DNA of 15,696 nucleotides from a virus (Duplodnaviria; Heunggongvirae; Uroviricota; Caudoviricetes): IMG/VR virus record IMGVR_UViG_2531839178_000023; one strand, 5' to 3'. Shown piece by piece: positions 9,006 to 15,696 of this stretch (position 1 is its first letter; each line of letters starts with the position of its first letter). The notes under the pieces were generated by a model. It saw only the letters and a program-made list of their open reading frames with translations, ran no database searches and was not told where the DNA came from. The position numbers and the translations under genes were made by a program.

Positions 9006-9977
9006 CTATTCTGACAACAAATCAGACTTCGCACCCTGCGTCAGTGCATTAATCGCCTTTTGCGCTTGCTGCATGGCTTTCTCAAACGCTGTTGATCCGC
9101 GTGGGGTATTTGCCATTCGGAGCATTGCATTTCTGAATGGTTCGCTCTCATAGGCGCGAGTAAGAAGTCCGTAGCTTACTGCTGCACCAGTTGTCGCCGG
9201 GTTCATTGCCGTCCCATACCCGATAATGAACGGAATGGTTTGCTGACCTGTAGGAGTTGTTACTGCTGCTTTTGCAGCCTGCTGCGTGGATTGCAGGTAA
9301 TTTTTCAATCCTTTCAGATAAGCAGCGTCCTGCCCCTTAAATGTGATGCCAGTCTGGCTTTGCAGGATGTTAAGCTGTCGAAGGAACTGGTCAGGGGATC
9401 CACCTGATTTCTCCATCGCCTTTCCAATGATGCCATTGCGCATTTGCGCCCTGCCAACACGACCAACTGAGTTATACAGTGTCTTAATTTCAGATTTGTT
9501 CTTGCTGAATAGCATGTTATTGACAACTTCCGGCGTCAGATCGCCTTTCATGAGAACATTCTTCAGCCTGGTATTCTTGAGTTTCGCCGCTTCGTCAGCG
9601 TAGACGGCATTGGCCTGCTGATATTTACGGAGAGTATCGTTGCCAAGATTCTGACCAATGGCACCATTGATATCGTCGGTCATCGCCTTGTAAACGCGAT
9701 GAATGGCGGCATCGGAACGGTTTGGTAACACTGGTCGCTCACCCTTCACGTCCATTCTGAACTGGCTGCGCAGATCGCTTAATTGCTTCAAGTCCAGATT
9801 TACCGGACCATCAGGACCAGCATTGCGAACAAGCTCATCACGATAGGACTGAAGTTTTGAAATAGTCTCGTTATCAGCAACCTTACCAAGCTTCTGCAGG
9901 TTAGATATTTCTGTATCAATCTGCTGAATTGCTCGCGCAGGCTGAATGTTTACTCCAGCCATAGCATTCTGAACCTG
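9006..9977 (-). pseudogene. Phage virion/ejection protein fragment (gp16-like by position), with its 5' end replaced by the IS3-family element
   Basis: The 328-aa ORF lies directly upstream of, and co-oriented with, the tailspike gene, as the last ejection protein does in P22/Sf6-like genomes. It is Q/A/N-rich. Its apparent start is a TTG inside the IS terminal repeat, so the true N-terminus is missing. The product call is positional; I do not recognise the sequence with confidence. Confidence 0.4.
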
Positions 9978-9985
9978 TGAAGTGG

Positions 9986-12114
<2,129 letters not shown>

Positions 12115-12377
12115 GTTGCTTTTTTTAATATATCTCGCTCAAGGCGAGCTTCATTTAACGCCTTACGCAGTTGCAGAATTTCAGATTCCAGTTCAGCCAC
12201 CGTGCGGGAACCAGGAGTACCGAGTCCTTTTCTGGCGGCGGTAACCCATTGTCCTAAAGTGCCTTCAGGAAGGGATAATCGGGAAGCGCCTTCACTGATC
12301 GAAAGTTGATTTTCAAGAACCGTTCTGACAGCTTCGGCTTTGAACTCTTTAGAGTAACGTTGGGTTTTTCTGCTCAT
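12115..12377 (-). pseudogene. IS3-family OrfA (helix-turn-helix, leucine zipper), cut after codon 88 by IS30
   Basis: MSRKTQRYSKEFKAEAVRTVLENQLSISEGASRLSLPEGTLGQWVTAARKGLGTPGSRTVAELESEILQLRKALNEARLERDILKKAT, then IS30 sequence. The A7 slippery run for the -1 frameshift is at 12121-12127, 6 nt from the IS30 end. The original OrfA C-terminus ([12 protein letters not shown]) is readable on the far side of IS30. Confidence 0.8.
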
Positions 12378-12527
12378 TATTAGCTCCTTCTGATGCCATT
12401 CTATTTCAGGAAGGAGTGTCCGTTAAACTCAGGCTACCTCAAATTAATGGCTGGCAACGAGGAGGCGCAGGCTAAATGCGTTCAGGTAATGAACATAAGA
12501 GTTAACGAACTAAAACAGGCGGCATAA

Positions 12528-13034
12528 ATGGCAAGCAGAGGCGTAAATAAGGTGATTATCCTTGGTCGGGTAGGACAAGACCCGGAAGTTCGATACTCAC
12601 CATCAGGAACAGCGTTCGCTAACCTGACAATAGCCACGTCAGAACAATGGCGAGATAAAAATACTGGCGAGCAAAAGGAATTGACTGAATGGCATCGTGT
12701 TGCTGTATCCGGGAAACTGGCTGAGGTCGTGGGGCAGTATGTAAAAAAAGGTGATCAGATTTATTTCGAGGGAATGCTGAGAACCAGAAAGTGGAAAGAC
12801 CAGTCAGGGCAAGACCGTTACACAACCGAGGTTCATGTCGGAATTAATGGCGTGATGCAAATGCTTGGCGGCATTGGCGACAGCAAACAACAAGCAGCCA
12901 GCAGGCAATCACAGAAGCCACAGCAGCAATCATCACCAGCACAACACAACGAACCTCCGATGGATTTTGACGACGATATACCCTTTGCACCAGTAACTCT
13001 CCCCTTCCCTCGTCACGCTATTCACGCAATTTAA
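12528..13034 (+). CDS. ssb: Single-stranded DNA-binding protein, phage/plasmid type (168 aa), with an internal DDDIPF motif and a 15-residue C-terminal extension
   Basis: N-terminal OB-fold region closely matches recalled E. coli SSB ([21 protein letters not shown]...TEWHRV...[11 protein letters not shown]...MQMLGG). A Q/S-rich linker follows, then [11 protein letters not shown] and the extra residues [15 protein letters not shown] before the stop. Confidence 0.85.
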   Translation: MASRGVNKVIILGRVGQDPEVRYSPSGTAFANLTIATSEQWRDKNTGEQKELTEWHRVAVSGKLAEVVGQYVKKGDQIYFEGMLRTRKWKDQSGQDRYTTEVHVGINGVMQMLGGIGDSKQQAASRQSQKPQQQSSPAQHNEPPMDFDDDIPFAPVTLPFPRHAIHAI

Positions 13035-13047
13035 TCAGGAGAAAATC

Positions 13048-13341
13048 ATGCCAGCGCCTCAGTATGGTGCGGATGACCCGCGCCGCTGTTCCGGCAATTC
13101 CGTATTGGAGGTGCTGGATAAATTCAGAAAAAACTACGACCGGATAATGTCGCTACCGCAGGAAACGAAAGAGGAAAAGGAATTTCGCCATTGCATATGG
13201 CTTGCAGAGAAAGAAGAACACGAGCGAATTTACCAGACATCAATCCGACCATTCCGCAAAGCCACATATACCCACTTCCCTGAAATTGACCCGCGCCTGC
13301 GTAATTACCGCTCACGCTATGGCGCTATCAGTAATGACTGA
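13048..13341 (+). CDS. Hypothetical protein (97 aa), phage early-region accessory gene of unknown function
   Basis: Good RBS (AGGAG, about 8-nt spacing) 14 nt after the ssb stop. Charged, hydrophilic product ([46 protein letters not shown]...) that I do not recognise. Confidence 0.5.
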   Translation: MPAPQYGADDPRRCSGNSVLEVLDKFRKNYDRIMSLPQETKEEKEFRHCIWLAEKEEHERIYQTSIRPFRKATYTHFPEIDPRLRNYRSRYGAISND

Positions 13342-13351
13342 GGAATTAACC

Positions 13352-13516
13352 ATGAGAGGACTTGCATACAATCCCGGCATTCTTCCGGCAGAAATGATTA
13401 TTCGCCAACGCGTAAAGCCAATGCCATCGAGAGAGGAATTGCTTAAGAGAAATTCTTTTCCATCAGTGAATCAAAACAAATATCTGAATGCGATGTGGCG
13501 GAGTGGGAAAAAATGA
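13352..13516 (+). CDS. Hypothetical small protein (54 aa)
   Basis: ATG at 13352 preceded by GAGGA. Its stop overlaps the next gene's ATG (ATGA at 13513-13516), suggesting translational coupling. The longer 13202 start in the ORF track overlaps the preceding gene and is less plausible. Confidence 0.35.
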   Translation: MRGLAYNPGILPAEMIIRQRVKPMPSREELLKRNSFPSVNQNKYLNAMWRSGKK

Positions 13517-13570
13517 AACAAATGTCACTAATTGAGATGGATGGTTTTCTGAAAGGTAATAGATTTGCCC

Positions 13571-14476
13571 CTATATTTCCAGACATCTGTTATCACTTAA
13601 CCCATTACAAGCCCGCTGCCACAGATATTCCCGTGGCGAGCGATAACCCAGCGCACTATGCGGATGCCATTCGTTATAATGCTCGAACGCCTCTGCAAGG
13701 TTCTTTGCTGCCGTTAACCCGTCTGGTTTGGGCATGATACTGATGTAGTCACGCTTTATCGTTTTCACGAAGCTCTCTGCTATTCCGTTACTCTCCGGAC
13801 TCCGCACCGCCGTGTTCTTCGGTTCAAGTCCCAACATCCGGGCGAACTGGCGTGTTTCATTAGCCCGGTAGCATGAACCATTATCCGTCAGCCACTCCAC
13901 TGGAGACGACGGAAGATCGTTGCCGAAGCGGCGTTCCACCGCTCCCAGCATGACGTCCTGTACTGTTTCACTGTTGAAGCCGCCGGTAGTCACCGCCCAG
14001 TGCAGTGCCTCACGATCACAGCAGTCCAGCGCGAACGTGACACGCAGTCTCTCTCCGTTATCACAGCAGAACTCGAACCCGTCAGAGCACCATCGCTGAT
14101 TGCTTTCTTTCACGGCCACTCTGCCTGTATGTGCCCGTTTCGATGGCGGTACAGCAGGTTTTCGCTCAAGCAACAGCGCATTCTGGCGCATGATCCGGTA
14201 AACACGTTTGGCATTGATCGCAGGCATACCATCAAGTTCTGCCTGTCTGCGAAGCAGCGCCCATACCCGACGATAACCATACGTGGGCAGCTCTCCGATA
14301 ACATGGTGTATACGGAGAAGCACATCCGTATCATCAGTGTGACGACTGCGGCGGCCATCCATCCAGTCATCGGTTCGTCTGAGAATGACGTGCAACTGCG
14401 CACGCGACACCCGGAGACAACGGCTGACTAAGCTTACTCCCCATCCCCGGGCAATAAGGGCGCGTGCGCTATCCAC
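13571..14476 (-). CDS. insD: IS2 transposase InsD (OrfB, 301 aa)
   Basis: 301-aa ORF matching recalled IS2 InsD ([34 protein letters not shown]...). Confidence 0.9.
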
Positions 14477-14799
14477 TTTTTTGCCCGTCCATATTCAACG
14501 GCTTCTTTGAGGAGTTCATTTTCCATCGTTTTCTTGCCGAGCAGGCGCTGGAGTTCTTTAATCTGCTTCATGGCGGCAGCAAGTTCAGAGGCAGGAACAA
14601 CCTGTTCTCCGGCGGCCACAGCAGTAAGACTTCCTTCCTGGTATTGCTTACGCCAGAGAAATAACTGGCTGGCTGCTACACCATGTTGCCGGGCAACGAG
14701 GGAGACCGTCATCCCCGGTTCAAAGCTCTGCTGAACAATTGCGATCTTTTCCTGTGTGGTACGCCGTCTGCGTTTCTCCGGCCCTAAGACATCAATCAT
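14434..14799 (-). CDS. insC: IS2 InsC (OrfA, 121 aa)
   Basis: [51 protein letters not shown]... The ORF track's longer 14844 start is an upstream in-frame extension; the true start is the MIDVL methionine. Confidence 0.85.
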
Positions 14800-15351
14800 C
14801 TGTACTCCAATGACTAGTCTAAAAACTAGTATTAAGACTATCACTTATTTAAGTGATACTGGTTGTCTGGAGATTCAGGGGGCCAGTCTAGGTAAATGCA
14901 TCCCCCGAGATTTAAAGGTTAACGAAACAAACGCTGAATATCTGGTGCGTAAATTTGCTGAAGCGGAGGCCAAGTGCGCGGAGCTGGCAGCGGAGAATGC
15001 GGTAATAAAGTCTGCAATTCCAGAACCACGGGATATTGAGGACGACAATGACAATATGGATGACGTATCTCTTGCTGAAGATTTCGGGTTCAATCATGCA
15101 ATAGAACGGATGAGGAGACGGATTCCTGAAACTCCGGTCACCAACGCTTTCCTGTCTGAAGTGCGGGCGCAGGGGGTGGATGCTGCTATAGAAGCTGCAA
15201 AAAATCTGGTGGCCCAAGAATATGAGTATAAGGATTTCAAAGCGGCGTAGAGTGATTGCTGTATGCACCCTGGTTCAGACCTGGTCGGAAAGGTTGAAAT
15301 GACTGAGTGGTTAGTTGACTTTGCTGCCCAGCTTCGCAAAGGAGGCAACCA

Positions 15352-15696
15352 GTGAGCAAAATTAATTACCAGGCACTGCGTGAGGCGGCAGAAAAAGCAA
15401 CGTGGGGAGACTGGAACTCATATAAACCACACCGTGGCGCACGTGGTTATGAAGTCCGGCTAAGTAGTCAGGCCATTGCGCAACACGTTCTGAAAAACAA
15501 CGCTGAATTTATTGCTGCCTTTAATCCAAAGGTTGCTTTGGCACTACTGGATGAACGGGAAAGAAACCAGCAATACATCAAAAGCCGTGACCAGGAGAAC
15601 GAGGATATTGCGCTAACGGTAGGGAAGCTGCGCGTTGAGCTGGAAGCCGCAGAGAAGCGCATTCAACGCCATTTTAAAAAGCAGCAGTCTCGCTGA
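15352..15696 (+). CDS. Ead/Ea22-like phage early protein (114 aa)
   Basis: GTG start preceded by AAGGAGG at 15339-15345. N-terminal INYQALREAAEKAT...NAEFIAAFNPKVALALLDERE is the recalled signature of the ead/Ea22-like family of lambdoid and P22-like prophages, followed by a coiled-coil tail. Confidence 0.6.
   Translation: MSKINYQALREAAEKATWGDWNSYKPHRGARGYEVRLSSQAIAQHVLKNNAEFIAAFNPKVALALLDERERNQQYIKSRDQENEDIALTVGKLRVELEAAEKRIQRHFKKQQSR

Larger units (their letters stand above)
13560..14890 (-). mobile_element. IS2, complete at 1331 bp, with a 5-bp GGTAA target-site duplication
   Basis: Ends match recalled IS2 termini (TAGACTGGCCCCCTGAATCTCC... as reverse complement at 14890, and ...GGGGCAAATC at 13560, with one possible terminal mismatch). 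GGTAA at 13555-13559 and 14891-14895. insC and insD ORFs present. Confidence 0.9.
13513..15250 (+). pseudogene. Phage early-region gene (about 135 aa when reconstructed) split by IS2; fragments 13513..13559 and 14891..15250
   Basis: Removing IS2 and one copy of GGTAA gives one [58 protein letters not shown]...EYEYKDFKAA. Acidic, coiled-coil-like; function unknown. Confidence 0.5.

Noticed and set aside
13202..13351. Upstream extension of the 54-aa ORF to a start at 13202
   Set aside because: It overlaps the 97-aa ORF in another frame and lacks an RBS; the ATG at 13352 with GAGGA upstream is the more plausible start.
14000..14431. 143-aa plus-strand ORF inside IS2 (also 14110..14403 minus)
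   Set aside because: Antisense to or out of frame with IS2 insD; not a known IS2 product.
14756..15250. 164-aa ORF as listed in the ORF track
   Set aside because: Its first ~45 codons are IS2 terminal sequence. The real gene starts at 13513 and resumes at 14891 after IS2; only 14891..15250 is genuine coding sequence.

Overview
This window is a heavily IS-degraded prophage region with a serotype-conversion (O-antigen modification) module; I found no canonical defence system, CRISPR array, tRNA or rRNA. Layout, left to right: (1) a complete P4-family tyrosine integrase (IntS-like, 1..1158). (2) A gtrA-gtrB-gtrS O-antigen glucosylation cluster: gtrA is intact, gtrB is split by an IS630 copy at a CTAG target with TA duplication, and the gtrS-like gene is frameshifted at an A7 tract. 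(3) An intact, very AT-rich family-3 membrane acyltransferase (Oac-like) ending in a perfect 14-bp-stem bidirectional terminator. (4) Convergent on the minus strand, a tailspike gene with an unmistakable P22-type head-binding N-terminus and an unrecognised receptor-binding domain, followed upstream by a truncated ejection-protein-like gene. (5) An IS3-family element (IS600-like) that carries a nested IS30 and has no target-site duplication, which looks like a deletion junction joining phage late genes to early genes. (6) A phage early-region remnant: an SSB whose acidic DDDIPF tail is internal rather than terminal, two small unknown ORFs, an early gene split by IS2 with a clean 5-bp duplication, and an Ea22-like gene. 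The best candidates for something not yet described are the C-terminally extended SSB with its two unknown downstream ORFs, and the tandem glucosylation plus acyltransferase modules beside a chimeric tailspike. All calls rest on reading the sequence and on recalled family sequences; no database search was run.
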